Assembly: GCA_051871645.1 (NCBI GenBank)
Contig: JBJEDC010000092.1
Span: forward strand, 19,341-83,340
From: Muribaculaceae bacterium
GTDB lineage: Bacteria; Bacteroidota; Bacteroidia; Bacteroidales; Muribaculaceae
DNA: 64,000 nt
Reading direction: 5' to 3'
Shown here: one piece after another, positions 10,501 to 19,279 of the stretch
How the letters are laid out: every line of letters starts with the position of its first letter
Numbering within the stretch: the first letter of the stretch is position 1
Position numbers and translations under genes: made by a program
The notes under the pieces: model-generated
What the model was told of the DNA's origin: nothing
The model's input: the letters and a program-made list of their open reading frames with translations, nothing else
Database searches by the model: none

Positions 10501-13189
10501 CGAGCGTGACGGCGTGGTGATTGTCGACAAGGCAGACTACACCTCTACCATCGACATGCTTGTACCCGACGGTCAGCACACATGGACTGTCACCGTCCAC
10601 TATCCCGACGGCACCGAGCTCACCTCCGAGCCCGCCTCGCTCATCCAGCCCATCAAGCGCGAGCTGGCCTACACCCAGTACGGCATCGAGGAGGTCTACA
10701 ATTATCCCATCGTTACCGAAGCCCAGGCCAACGCCGCCGGCCTCAACACATCCAACGCCATCATCCCCAAGACAGACAGCAAGTTCACCAATGTCGACTG
10801 CATCTCCGGTTCGACAAAGGGTTTGCGCAACTTCGGCATGGGCGAAAGCCAGTGGGGCGCCAAAGGCGGCCTGTACCGTCATGGCTCGTACCGCAACGGC
10901 TACTGGTACATAGCCCAGCTCACTGACAAGTATGAGGTTGCCGGTACATCGGCCAACATGCCCGACGGATACATCCAGTGGAATGCAAACTTTGACGGTT
11001 GCCAGGGCGGTGTATTCCGCTTCGACGCCGACGACCCGCTGGCGCTGTCCGACTGGAACAACCGTCCCAAAAAACTCTTCAACCTCAACCACATGGAGAG
11101 CCAGTGGGTTGCCGCCGATGACGGCGACGGAAACTGGGTCAACCTTGTGACACGCGAAAGGACCAACGGCACCGACGAGCAGCGCTGGTGGTATACCAAC
11201 ACCAACAAGATGTGGCATGCATATTACGACATATCGCATACCGCAGGCTCATGGCTGGGTTACCACGAGACCGGCTCGAATTTTGTCAACACCGAGTATA
11301 CTAAACATCTCGACCATGCCAATCCCTCGTCGGACAACGCAGTCAACCACCAGAACGTTCGTGTGCACTACGTCAGCGCCAACGGCAACATCGGCGGCAC
11401 AGGCGGCTACGTCTTTATCACTATGTGCAACATGCCGGGCGTGCTGCGCCAGTACTGGAGCGGCGGCTACAGCCAGAGTGAGGAGTATATCGAGCTGCCT
11501 CAGCACCTCTGCCCCGAGCGCGATGCCAACGGCCTGATTGCGGCGCCCGAGAACTATGCCTTCCCCGTGACCGGCCGTCCCAGGGACTTCATCCTCGAGC
11601 TCCGCTCAATAGGCTATTACTACTATAACGACGACACCAAGCAGTACACTCAGATTATGAGCGAGGCGGAGGCTCACACCGCCGGCGGCATCACCTTCAC
11701 CTACAACGGTGAGATGTTCCTGCTGCACCCCTCGTCCAACTCGTCCAACAACATCGGACACTTCCGCATCGACATGCCCCAGCGTCCTACCGCTACATCG
11801 CCCTACACCGACGCTGATTTCACCGACCTCATCCCCATGATTTCCTATACCCAGACGGACTTGACCGGCATCGAGGCCAAGAACGCCAACAGCATGTGGT
11901 TTGGCGTGGAAGAGAGCAAGGAAGAAAACTGCATGTACATCTACCAGTACGTGCCCGGCTTCCGTATGGCCAAGTATCGCCTCTACAGCTATCAGGATTT
12001 CCCGCCCGTAACTCCCGAGCTTGAACTCAAGATATGCTACGACGATAACCACACCAAGATCACCCATTTCGAGGCCGCCGGCAACTGGGACCGTCCCACG
12101 GTCACCGACCAGGGTCAGATCAAGGACTACGAGTGGAACAACCGCACCGACTACACGCTTGACCATTACCGTTACAAGCTGCTCGACAAAAACATGAACG
12201 AGCTGCTGAGCGGCGACTGGGAGCCTGCACGTGACGGCTCGAACAACAAAATCTTCGAGTTCCCCAAGAGCTATTACCAGAATGTCAAGGGCGAGAAGCA
12301 TCTCGACAGCCAGGTATACACCCTGCAGGTTCAGCCCGTCTACAAGCGCTACAACACCAACCAGTACATAGACGGCGAATGGGCTTCGGTTCAGGCCAAC
12401 GTGGACTTTCCCGCTTCCATCAACCCGCTGACGGTGAATTACTACCGTAATACGGGTTCAGCAAAGATCTGGCGTGTCGACTTCGACTTCAACCGCGCCG
12501 ACCTCAATGTGTTCAAGGAGCCTGTCGACAACTTCACCATCGAAAGAAGACGTAAGGGCACTGACCAGTGGGAGAGAGTTCCCAGACTGCGTGTCTTCTA
12601 CGACGATAAGATGTGGCTGATGTCGGATGACAACGATTACAACACCTCGAGCCCGTGGTATACGGGCGCTCCGGAATACAGAAACTTCCTGGCAGAGGAC
12701 AACATCCCCGGTCAGTACAGATTCGGTGGTTACGGCGAACCTACCGGCGACTTCTCCGACAAGCGCAAGGCTCATGCGACGGCCACGGAGCCTGTCGTGG
12801 CTTACTCGATTTTCGGTGAGAACGACAACCCCGGCGACTTTGAATACCGTGCCGTGGCACACTACGCCGCCACCAACCCCTACATCAGCAAGGACGCCGC
12901 CATTGTCGCCGACCGTGTAGTGGAAGGTAAACCGACCGGTGTCGACGACATCTCGGCTGACGGCAGCGGCAAGGTGCGTATACATCCCGTGCCTGCCCGG
13001 AACGACATCACCGTCGACTCGCCCGAGGCAATACGCTCGATTGTCATCCTGAGCATGACCGGCGCCAAGGTGATGCACGCCGACGGCAACGGCGAGCACA
13101 GCCAGACCCTCAACATCAGCCACCTTCCCCAGGGCAACTACATGCTGAGCGTCAACGGCCACGCCGCCCTCCACTGGATCAAGCACTAA
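7520..13189 (+). CDS. Large secreted N-acetylmuramoyl-L-alanine amidase (Amidase_3) with propeller/FN3-like domains and T9SS C-terminal domain
   Basis: Signal peptide; IMLDPGHGG, YEHD, SVHLNA, GTETWY, PAILTEG motifs; C-terminus TGVDDI...IHPVPARNDITV...LNISHLPQGNYML. Confidence 0.88.
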   Translation: MNLFKILLAATATLAAVAPAHAGWGNSTVKIMLDPGHGGTDPGAGRSGYRYEHDLVLDASLAMRDWLRNHGAVNDNVRLTRESNTTVDLSPRRQMSINYDPWIFCSVHLNAFNGEAYGTETWYYWANRSPQLAQYVQNQLVSKLGTTNRGVKQNGWTVITGASYIPAILTEGLFVDNVSENNMINSRDKAGFANWVNGHLQGFYDFMTSSAEVSYNGNQGLSNPASDPWSNGNKPTVDPGSGDNNDNFNANWESMTLCQKNVFAYNIRIDKSNMLSPKVSYQLNGTTSWVKIHVYINGKEVATVDGTTKQRNEVTVDLSNVRERGDAYFTIQARTAATVSSPSLIKDDIPPAWTSNWHAKFFNATGVTVNNCTDSPTFGRIVVAESHNCPYSGFVSSTNDGHGRGAMLYPFTPQMQPIPNPDLNGTWGFNGARDWDDSGYDQLGAWSKVRYSEDGRLFAATATSNDGRRGVYEFTDNSANGASLNGYANRVLSTSWPVTGLDVIGKGNDLRIAAFGPHHMVYTQADPTNYGGWYDIYPYDKGGEPNLQLYWPNSGSSQTINLGTTQMGHIDTQTLSVAFDPDGNGMMLGNARGNTNDKTYPIYLHVTTGGSITRPLAGWENVDGGAVAYNADRTLFAASGSNGQICLWRVNGKNGGVANYDWIGDFYPEVGSSTRDIAFDYANNIYITGDNSRKALDNGQYIGNAGMCAYQLPESWGGKAETWTPAPYDQRIVDFQPKGVNVQLKSVYWSGKNQQTADIYWDDMTDDAGQSPTGYTVLLNGSVYGDNSRIWDHSRDNPYHVNLAMYGRDTEANDIVNTIQVIPYYNGVQARESNVLRVGHTDYEKDGKDAIWTNVEMGWNNGQQPVTITWNAPQNGDAYGYKLYRIVGDKAEQIKCPGDKDGIFPADRFEYKMADAGIRQCKFRVDALMQKRLKLQNSEVSDYIVGKESAQITPNSKNHVAPVITELVNYQGRNSVRLAWSYDKDTDKPDYYRIERDGVVIVDKADYTSTIDMLVPDGQHTWTVTVHYPDGTELTSEPASLIQPIKRELAYTQYGIEEVYNYPIVTEAQANAAGLNTSNAIIPKTDSKFTNVDCISGSTKGLRNFGMGESQWGAKGGLYRHGSYRNGYWYIAQLTDKYEVAGTSANMPDGYIQWNANFDGCQGGVFRFDADDPLALSDWNNRPKKLFNLNHMESQWVAADDGDGNWVNLVTRERTNGTDEQRWWYTNTNKMWHAYYDISHTAGSWLGYHETGSNFVNTEYTKHLDHANPSSDNAVNHQNVRVHYVSANGNIGGTGGYVFITMCNMPGVLRQYWSGGYSQSEEYIELPQHLCPERDANGLIAAPENYAFPVTGRPRDFILELRSIGYYYYNDDTKQYTQIMSEAEAHTAGGITFTYNGEMFLLHPSSNSSNNIGHFRIDMPQRPTATSPYTDADFTDLIPMISYTQTDLTGIEAKNANSMWFGVEESKEENCMYIYQYVPGFRMAKYRLYSYQDFPPVTPELELKICYDDNHTKITHFEAAGNWDRPTVTDQGQIKDYEWNNRTDYTLDHYRYKLLDKNMNELLSGDWEPARDGSNNKIFEFPKSYYQNVKGEKHLDSQVYTLQVQPVYKRYNTNQYIDGEWASVQANVDFPASINPLTVNYYRNTGSAKIWRVDFDFNRADLNVFKEPVDNFTIERRRKGTDQWERVPRLRVFYDDKMWLMSDDNDYNTSSPWYTGAPEYRNFLAEDNIPGQYRFGGYGEPTGDFSDKRKAHATATEPVVAYSIFGENDNPGDFEYRAVAHYAATNPYISKDAAIVADRVVEGKPTGVDDISADGSGKVRIHPVPARNDITVDSPEAIRSIVILSMTGAKVMHADGNGEHSQTLNISHLPQGNYMLSVNGHAALHWIKH

Positions 13190-13348
13190 GCCTCCGGCCT
13201 TAGTCATGAAAAATCCCTAATCTGAAAAATCCCCTCCCCGCCGCCGCGCCCCACCCGGACGTGGCGGTTTTTTTTCGCGGAGTTTTTTTCATGGTGGTTT
13301 TTTTATCGCGAATAAGCCGCGGGGTTTTGCTGTTTCGTAAAGTTTTTG

Positions 13349-13436
13349 TACCTTTGCACCGATATGCGTAACCGCTGGCGGGACAAGTGGCCCGTTGAAG
13401 TTGCGTCAGTGCTAACATTTTAACCGTCACAGTAAA
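13349..13436 (+). promoter_or_regulatory. rplS promoter and structured 5' leader (possible L19 autoregulatory leader)
   Basis: TACCTTTG at 13349-13356; nested stems GCGTAAC/GTTGCGT and GGCGGG/CCCGTT. Confidence 0.5.
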
Positions 13437-13796
13437 ATGGACTTAATGAAGATTGCCGAAGAAGCTTTTGCTTCCGGCAAGCAGCATCCCGATTTCGGCC
13501 CCGGCGACACCATCACCGTAGCCTATCGCATCAAAGAGGGTAACAAAGAGCGTATCCAGCAGTACCGCGGTGTTGTAATCCGCATCTCCGGCGAAGGCGC
13601 CAAAAAGCGTTTCACCGTCCGCAAGATGTCCGACAACATCGGTGTTGAGCGTATCTTCCCCATCGAGTCTCCGTTTATCGACTCCATCACCGTCAACAAG
13701 TACGGTAAGGTACGTCGCGCCAAGCTCTACTACCTCCGCGCCCTCACCGGCAAGAAGGCCCGCATCAAAGAGCGCCGCGTAGTCAAGAAGGACTGA
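13437..13796 (+). CDS. rplS: 50S ribosomal protein L19
   Basis: [11 protein letters not shown]...KERIQ...FTVRKMS...GVERIFP...[12 protein letters not shown]. Confidence 0.99.
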   Translation: MDLMKIAEEAFASGKQHPDFGPGDTITVAYRIKEGNKERIQQYRGVVIRISGEGAKKRFTVRKMSDNIGVERIFPIESPFIDSITVNKYGKVRRAKLYYLRALTGKKARIKERRVVKKD

Positions 13797-13811
13797 TAAC
13801 GGCCCGGGACA

Positions 13812-13865
13812 CCCCACACACAAAAGCACCTTGCGCAACAGCGCAAGGTGCTTTTGTGTGTGGGG
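13812..13865. terminator. Perfect 25-bp inverted repeat, rplS (bidirectional) terminator
   Basis: CCCCACACACAAAAGCACCTTGCGC-AACA-GCGCAAGGTGCTTTTGTGTGTGGGG. Confidence 0.85.
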
Positions 13866-13895
13866 GAGGGTTAGTGAATTGGAGTTTACTCAGCC

Positions 13896-13971
13896 AATGT
13901 AGGGACATCGCTTTGCGATGTTGGTCCTGCATGCCCGCAGGTTCAACATGCCAAAGGCATGTCCCTGCATT
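13896..13971. repeat. REP-doublet copy 2
   Basis: GTAGGGACATCGCTTTGCGATGT...ACATGCCAAAGGCATGTCCCTGC, between convergent genes. Confidence 0.9.
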
Positions 13972-14003
13972 TCCGAATATCGGGAAATCGGTTTGCCGCC
14001 TCT

Positions 14004-14519
14004 TTATTTGTAGCTCCGCGGTATCAGCATGAACGGCTGCTGGGAGAGGCGGAAGGGGGGGGCGGTGAGGAAGCGCTGCAGGGTGGCGGCGGCGGTGCCC
14101 GCGTCGTTGGTGCTGAGGGCGACGACGTAGTAGAACGGCTCGGTAGTATGTAACACCATGGCGCCGGGGTAGCCGCTCTGCTCGAGGCGTCCGCGCAGGC
14201 TGTTGGCGTTGAAGCGCTGCTTGAAGGAGGCCACGCAGACGTTGTAGCGGTGCAGCGAGTCGGGCGTGGCGGCCTGGTCGGGTGCCACATGGCAGCTCAG
14301 CGTCTGCGTCTGCAGCGTGTCGGTGCCGTTGACCATGTATCCGGCGTCGACCTTGCGGCGCTGCTCGCCGTAGACGGTGTTGATGAGTTGGGTGCGCGTC
14401 GAGTCGCCGGAGACGGCCTGCTCGTACGCCTTCCGGTAGTTTTTCTCCGACACCTTGCAGGAGGTGAAAGCGGCCACCGCCACCGTGGCAATGGCCGCAA
14501 AAAGTACGATTTTACGCAT
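14004..14519 (-). CDS. SPOR-domain lipoprotein
   Basis: Lipobox FTSC; YNVCVASFKQRFNANSLRGRLEQSGY...FYYVV. Confidence 0.8.
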   Translation of the reverse strand: MRKIVLFAAIATVAVAAFTSCKVSEKNYRKAYEQAVSGDSTRTQLINTVYGEQRRKVDAGYMVNGTDTLQTQTLSCHVAPDQAATPDSLHRYNVCVASFKQRFNANSLRGRLEQSGYPGAMVLHTTEPFYYVVALSTNDAGTAAATLQRFLTAPPFRLSQQPFMLIPRSYK

Positions 14520-14589
14520 TAAATCAGTGTTTAGCCGGGTTATAATCTTATAACAACATCTTATAACAACCCGGGATCGGCTTTTGTCT

Positions 14590-15795
14590 TTACTTCAGGC
14601 CGATTTTTTTGGCGATGGCCTTGGGGATGGCGTCCTTGTGGACCATCATGGATACGGTCTTGGCCTCGAAATAGGGCTCGGAGACGTACAGGAAGCCGTC
14701 GTAGACCTGGTTGGTGTCCCACGAGTTCTTGACCTTGTAGTAGCGCTTGCCGTTCTGGTCGGTGGCGTAGCCTACGATCTCCATGCCGTGGTCGTCGGTG
14801 GTCTCTTGGCTGTCGAAGCCCTGCTGGCGCGACTCCTGGGTGATTTCCTCCTCCTCGACGGGGCCGTCGAAGTTGTATTTGTCGGCGGCGCGGTCCTTGT
14901 CGCTGAGTTTGACCCAGCGGGCCAGCTCGGTGCCGTTCATGTCGCCCTGGCTCTTGCCCTTGGGCATGAGGGCCACGCCCTTATTCCACTTGAAACCGCC
15001 CTCGCTGACGTCGGCGGCCCAGTTGATGGGGAAGCCGTTCTCTACAGCGTTGTCGGCGATGGCCTTGAGGTCCTCCAGGGGCACGTTCATATACTGGCCG
15101 TAGACCCAGTTGTCGGGCACCTCGAGGATGAACGACTCATAGAAAGGATGGTGGGTGAACGATGTCAGGGCCACATAGTCGTCCGGGTTGACGGGCAGGC
15201 TGGCGGCAAAGGTCTCGGGGGTGTATTTCTTGCCCTTGTAGGTGAAATTGGCGGGAAGCGGGCCGAGATAGGCGTCGAGGACGCCGTCGAGGGCGCGCTT
15301 CCAGGCCGTGCTGACCTTCTTGGACGGCTTCTTGACTACGGCCTTGAGCATGTTCTCCATGACGGAGGCCATCTCGTAATGGTCGTGCTTGGGCTCGCCG
15401 TAGTTGAGGCCGGGGTATGCGTCCTCGGGCACCATGCCGTATTTCTTGAGGACGTAGCCGACGTCGAGCAGTCCGCCGCCCTGGGCGAAGTTGCACTCGC
15501 CGTACATGCGCACATAGCGGTCGGCCTTGTCATCGTAGCAGTGACGTACTGTGAACATCTCGCTGAGGTCCAGCGAGTCGCCGCCGAGACGGCGCACCTC
15601 GTCCTCGAGGAACGACGTGCCGCTGAAGGCCCAGCATGTGCCTGATTTGTTCTGGTCTTTCACCGAGGTTGTGGGGATGACTCTGACGTCGGTGAACCTG
15701 AAGCCCTTGATGGAGTCAGTGGCCGTGCTGTCGGCCTGGGCCATGGCTGCCGACGCTGCCGTGCAGGCGGCGAGGGCAAGAATAAGTTTTTTCAT
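14590..15795 (-). CDS. C1B-family cysteine aminopeptidase (PepC/bleomycin hydrolase-like), exported
   Basis: VKDQNKSGTCWAFS catalytic Cys; TDDHGMEIVG His; VKNSWD Asn. Confidence 0.92.
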   Translation of the reverse strand: MKKLILALAACTAASAAMAQADSTATDSIKGFRFTDVRVIPTTSVKDQNKSGTCWAFSGTSFLEDEVRRLGGDSLDLSEMFTVRHCYDDKADRYVRMYGECNFAQGGGLLDVGYVLKKYGMVPEDAYPGLNYGEPKHDHYEMASVMENMLKAVVKKPSKKVSTAWKRALDGVLDAYLGPLPANFTYKGKKYTPETFAASLPVNPDDYVALTSFTHHPFYESFILEVPDNWVYGQYMNVPLEDLKAIADNAVENGFPINWAADVSEGGFKWNKGVALMPKGKSQGDMNGTELARWVKLSDKDRAADKYNFDGPVEEEEITQESRQQGFDSQETTDDHGMEIVGYATDQNGKRYYKVKNSWDTNQVYDGFLYVSEPYFEAKTVSMMVHKDAIPKAIAKKIGLK

Positions 15796-15835
15796 ATTTA
15801 TTGGGTATTAGGGCGGTGTGTGTCAAAAGAGACTG

Positions 15836-15915
15836 AATGTAGGGACATGCCTGTGGCATGTAGGACCGGTTATCTGATTTCCAGGCCAAACATCGCAAAG
15901 CGATGTCCCTACATC
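15836..15915. repeat. REP-doublet copy 3 (opposite orientation)
   Basis: GTAGGGACATGCCTGTGGCATGT...ACATCGCAAAGCGATGTCCCTAC; extended flank TGTGTCAAAAGAGACTGAAT. Confidence 0.9.
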
Positions 15916-15970
15916 ACCGGAAACCGGCATTTCGACACACATCCTTGGTTAAAATGCTTGCTGATAGGTT

Positions 15971-17179
15971 TTACTTGCCGAGGGCGGTGACGATGTCGCG
16001 GGTGTCGCGGGCGATGACCAGCTCCTCGTCGGTGGGTACGACAACGACTTTGACACGCGAGGCGGGGGTGGAGATGACGGTCTCGGTGCCGCGGGTGCGC
16101 TCGTTGACGGCGGGGTCGATTTCCACGCCCATGAACTTGAGGGGCAGGCAGACGTCGAGGCGCAGGCCCGTCTGGTTCTCGCCGACGCCTCCGGTGAAGA
16201 CGATGATGTCGACACCGCCCATCTCGGCAGCGTAGGCACCGATGTACTTGGTGATACGCTGCACATAGACCTCGAGGCCGGTGACGGCACGCTCGTTGCC
16301 GGCGTTGACGGCGGCCTCGATTTCGCGCATGTCGCTGGAGACGCCGCTGAGGCCGAGCATGCCGCTCTCCTTGTTGATGATTTTCTGCACGTCATCGGCG
16401 CTGAGGTTGTGCTTCTTCATCAGGAAGGTGATTGCGCCCGGGTCGACGTCGCCGACGCGCGTGCCCATCATCAGGCCCTCGGTGGGGGTGAGGCCCATGG
16501 ACGTGTCGACGCTCTTGCCGCCGTCGACGGCCGTAATGGAGCCGCCGTTGCCGACGTGGCAGGTGATGATTTTCCGGTCGCGGATGTCGACGCCGAGGAT
16601 TTCGCAGACGCGCTGGCTGACGTAGCGGTGGCTGGTGCCGTGGAAGCCGTAGCGGCGCACATGGTCCTCGGTGTAATACTTGTAGGGCAGGGGATAGAGG
16701 AAGCTGCGGGCGGGCATGGTCTGGTGGAAGGCGGTGTCGAAGACGCCCACCTGGGGGACGCCGGGGAGCAGGGCCTTCATGGCGTCGATGCCGGTGATGT
16801 TGGCGGGGTTGTGGAGGGGAGCCAGGTCGTAGCACTCCTTGACCATCTCCTCGACTTCGGGTGTGATGAGGACGCTCTTGCTGAACTTCTCGCCGCCGTG
16901 GACGACGCGGTGGCCTACGGCCTCGATTTCGGAGTAGGAGGTGATGCAGCCGACCTCGGGGTCGGTGAGGACGTTGAGGATGGCCTCGATGGAACCCTTG
17001 TGGTCGGTCTTGCCGAGCTCGCGCACCTGCTTGGTGCCGTCTTCGAGCTTGAACTTGATGAAGGTGCCGTCGATGCCGACTTTTTCGACGCCGCCCTCGG
17101 CGAGGACAACCTCGCCGTCAGTGTCGATGAGCTTGTATTTTACGGAGCTGCTTCCGCAGTTGAGAACGAGAATTTTCAT
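15971..17179 (-). CDS. ackA: Acetate kinase
   Basis: MKILVLNCGSSSVKY, GHRVVHGGE, APLHNP, RRYGFHGTSH, FTGGVGEN; start corrected to ATG at 17179. Confidence 0.98.
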   Translation of the reverse strand: MKILVLNCGSSSVKYKLIDTDGEVVLAEGGVEKVGIDGTFIKFKLEDGTKQVRELGKTDHKGSIEAILNVLTDPEVGCITSYSEIEAVGHRVVHGGEKFSKSVLITPEVEEMVKECYDLAPLHNPANITGIDAMKALLPGVPQVGVFDTAFHQTMPARSFLYPLPYKYYTEDHVRRYGFHGTSHRYVSQRVCEILGVDIRDRKIITCHVGNGGSITAVDGGKSVDTSMGLTPTEGLMMGTRVGDVDPGAITFLMKKHNLSADDVQKIINKESGMLGLSGVSSDMREIEAAVNAGNERAVTGLEVYVQRITKYIGAYAAEMGGVDIIVFTGGVGENQTGLRLDVCLPLKFMGVEIDPAVNERTRGTETVISTPASRVKVVVVPTDEELVIARDTRDIVTALGK

Positions 17180-17218
17180 AGGAAACGGGGTATGTTTGGG
17201 ATGTTTTGGATGCGGGGG

Positions 17219-17302
17219 ATGTAGGGACGTGCCTTTGGCACGTCGGGAAGGGAACATGTAGGCCGGGTGTCGGTCCTGACATCGCAAAGCGATGTCCCTA
17301 CA
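17219..17302. repeat. REP-doublet copy 4, between pta and ackA
   Basis: GTAGGGACGTGCCTTTGGCACGTC...GACATCGCAAAGCGATGTCCCTAC. Confidence 0.9.
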
Positions 17303-17317
17303 GGGGCAAACCGGTTT

Positions 17318-18340
17318 TTATCTGGCGGCGAGTTCTTTGGCGCCGATGGCCTGGTTGCAGGTGATGATGATGGTTTTGTAGATGTCCTGGGGGTAGGCGC
17401 CGCGGCTGAGGTCGTTGACGGGGGCGGCGAGACCCTGGAGGACGGGACCGACGGCTTCGATGCCGCCGAGGCGCTGGACAAGCTTGTAGGCGATGTTGCC
17501 GACCTCGAGGCTGGGGAAGACGAGGACGTTGGCGCGGCCGTTAAGCGGACTGTTGGGGGCTTTTGACGATGCCACGCCGGGGACGATTGCGGCGTCGGCC
17601 TGCAGCTCGTAGTCGAGCATGAGCGAGGGCTCCATCTCATGTGCCAGCTGTCCGGCTTCGATGACCTTGTCGACGCGCTCGTGGCGGGCGCTGCCCTTGG
17701 TGCTGAAGCTGAGCATGGCCACGCGGGGCTCGATGCCGGCGATGTCGCGGGCGGTCTGTGCCGACTCGATGGCAATCTGTGCCAGCTCGGCTGCGGTGGG
17801 GTCGGGCAGGACGGCGCAGTCGGCGAATACGAGGAGTCCGTCGGTGCCGTAGTGGCTACCCTTGGGGAGGAGCATCACGAAAGCGCCGCTGACGACCTTG
17901 ATGCCGGGACGGGTCTTGATGACCTGGAAGGCGGCGCGGAGGACGTTGGCGGTGGTGTTCATGGCTCCGGCAACCTGTCCGTCGGCGTCGCCGGCCTTTA
18001 CCATCAGGCAGCCCAGGTAGAGCGGGTTGGCGGTGGTGAGGCGGCTCTCGGTCTCGGTCATGCCCTTGCTGCGGCGCAGCTCGAGCAACAGGGGAGCGTA
18101 GCGGTCGATGACGGCCTCGTCGCACGGGTCGACGATGGTGGCCTGGATGATGTGGGCCAGGTTGAGCTCGGCGGCCATGCGTTTGATTTCTAATTCGCTG
18201 CCGATGAGGATGATGTCGGCGAGGCCCTCGGCCAGAATCTGGTCGGCGGCCTTGAGGGTGCGGGGCTCGGTGCCCTCGGGCAATACTATGCGCTGGCGGT
18301 TTTCGCGGGCGCGCTGTGTCAGGCGGTCAAAAAGTGCCAT
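17318..18340 (-). CDS. pta: Phosphate acetyltransferase
   Basis: [53 protein letters not shown]; start ATG 18340; TAATTTTG box at 18401-18408. Confidence 0.97.
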   Translation of the reverse strand: MALFDRLTQRARENRQRIVLPEGTEPRTLKAADQILAEGLADIILIGSELEIKRMAAELNLAHIIQATIVDPCDEAVIDRYAPLLLELRRSKGMTETESRLTTANPLYLGCLMVKAGDADGQVAGAMNTTANVLRAAFQVIKTRPGIKVVSGAFVMLLPKGSHYGTDGLLVFADCAVLPDPTAAELAQIAIESAQTARDIAGIEPRVAMLSFSTKGSARHERVDKVIEAGQLAHEMEPSLMLDYELQADAAIVPGVASSKAPNSPLNGRANVLVFPSLEVGNIAYKLVQRLGGIEAVGPVLQGLAAPVNDLSRGAYPQDIYKTIIITCNQAIGAKELAAR

Positions 18341-18511
18341 ATCAGTATAGGTGTTGGTTGGTGTTTCGGTGTTATGATTGAGGCTTTGCCTTTTCAATGG
18401 CAAAATTAATCATTTTTGCTTGGTCAACAAAATGCAGGGCGCAGATGTTATAAATCAAACGAAACAATGGCCGCAAAGGCCTCTTTACTGACTCCTCAAA
18501 AATCTCACATT

Positions 18512-18697
18512 ATGAGCAACGAACCCCGTGAATTCGAAACCCGCGAACGCCGCCACCGCCGCGCCAACCCGTGGCTTGTAGCCGGAGTGGTGATACTGAT
18601 AGCTCTGCTGATGTTCTGGCTCTCCTGGGCCTTCTTCCTCGGCGACACCGACGTCAACGGCTGCATCGCGCCCGTACTTAACCTCTTGACCTTCTGA
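18512..18697 (+). CDS. Small single-pass membrane protein (61 aa)
   Basis: MSNEPREFETRERRHRRANPWLVAGVVILIALLMFWLSWAFF...; basic stretch then TM helix, host-like codons. Confidence 0.6.
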   Translation: MSNEPREFETRERRHRRANPWLVAGVVILIALLMFWLSWAFFLGDTDVNGCIAPVLNLLTF

Positions 18698-18700
18698 GCT

Positions 18701-18991
18701 ATGCTTCCCCTGGCATCAACAGTCGAATCCGTGCTCTTCTGGGAAGGGTTCGTATGGGTTCTCGGCGGCCTCATCTGCGGCATGGCTGTGGGACGCCGTC
18801 TGCCCGGGCCCCGCGCCGCCGCCTGTGCGGCCTGCATAGGCGTCATCGCCTTTGTCGGCGGCGGTTTCAGCGGCCAATACGGCATCGGGGGCACCACCTG
18901 GCTCCACTTCGTCATCAACACCCTCATCGGCCTCCTCGTCACCGGCCTGGCCCTCTGGATCTTCGCCGCCCTCGTCCGCAAGGGAAAATAA
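18701..18991 (+). CDS. Small membrane protein (GlsB/YeaQ/YmgE-like)
   Basis: Three Gly-rich hydrophobic helices; 3 bp after the previous stop. Confidence 0.6.
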   Translation: MLPLASTVESVLFWEGFVWVLGGLICGMAVGRRLPGPRAAACAACIGVIAFVGGGFSGQYGIGGTTWLHFVINTLIGLLVTGLALWIFAALVRKGK

Positions 18992-19090
18992 AGTTGAAAC
19001 AAAAAATGCGGATAAACCGTCGAAATTTTGGCGGTTAGCGGTAAATCGTTTACTTTTGCATACAGGAACAGAGTACGTCAAAAGTGCCTG

Positions 19091-19170
19091 AATGTAGGGA
19101 CATGCCTTTGGCATGTTGAACCGGCCAATTGATTTTCGGGCCTGACATCGCAAAGCGATGTCCCTGCATC
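19091..19170. repeat. REP-doublet copy 5
   Basis: GTAGGGACATGCCTTTGGCATGT...GACATCGCAAAGCGATGTCCCTGC; downstream of TACTTTTG (19051-19058), so in the 5' UTR of the next gene. Confidence 0.9.
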
Positions 19171-19279
19171 AATGCAATCTGCCTTTCGGCGTGCTTCCGC
19201 TTCCCGCTTCCCGGGAGCCCCGGTCACCTTAGCCGAGGCCCCCGCAAAACCGTATATAACCTTAAAAGTCACATATCTT

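Noticed and set aside
13812-13865. Long perfect inverted repeats (also 22808-22869) as MITEs or invertible-promoter ends
   Set aside because: Single-copy, short loops, located after stop codons of convergent genes; terminators explain them.
13959-14153. Small ORFs starting or ending inside REP copies (MSLH..., ...MPKACPYI...)
   Set aside because: Their similarity to each other comes only from translating the repeat.
17180-17287. N-terminal extensions of ackA (17287), the 19172 ORF, pta (18403) and the phosphatase (27353) in the ORF track
   Set aside because: They run through REP, promoter or neighbouring-gene DNA; conserved N-termini or signal peptides begin at 17179, 19280, 18340 and 27545.
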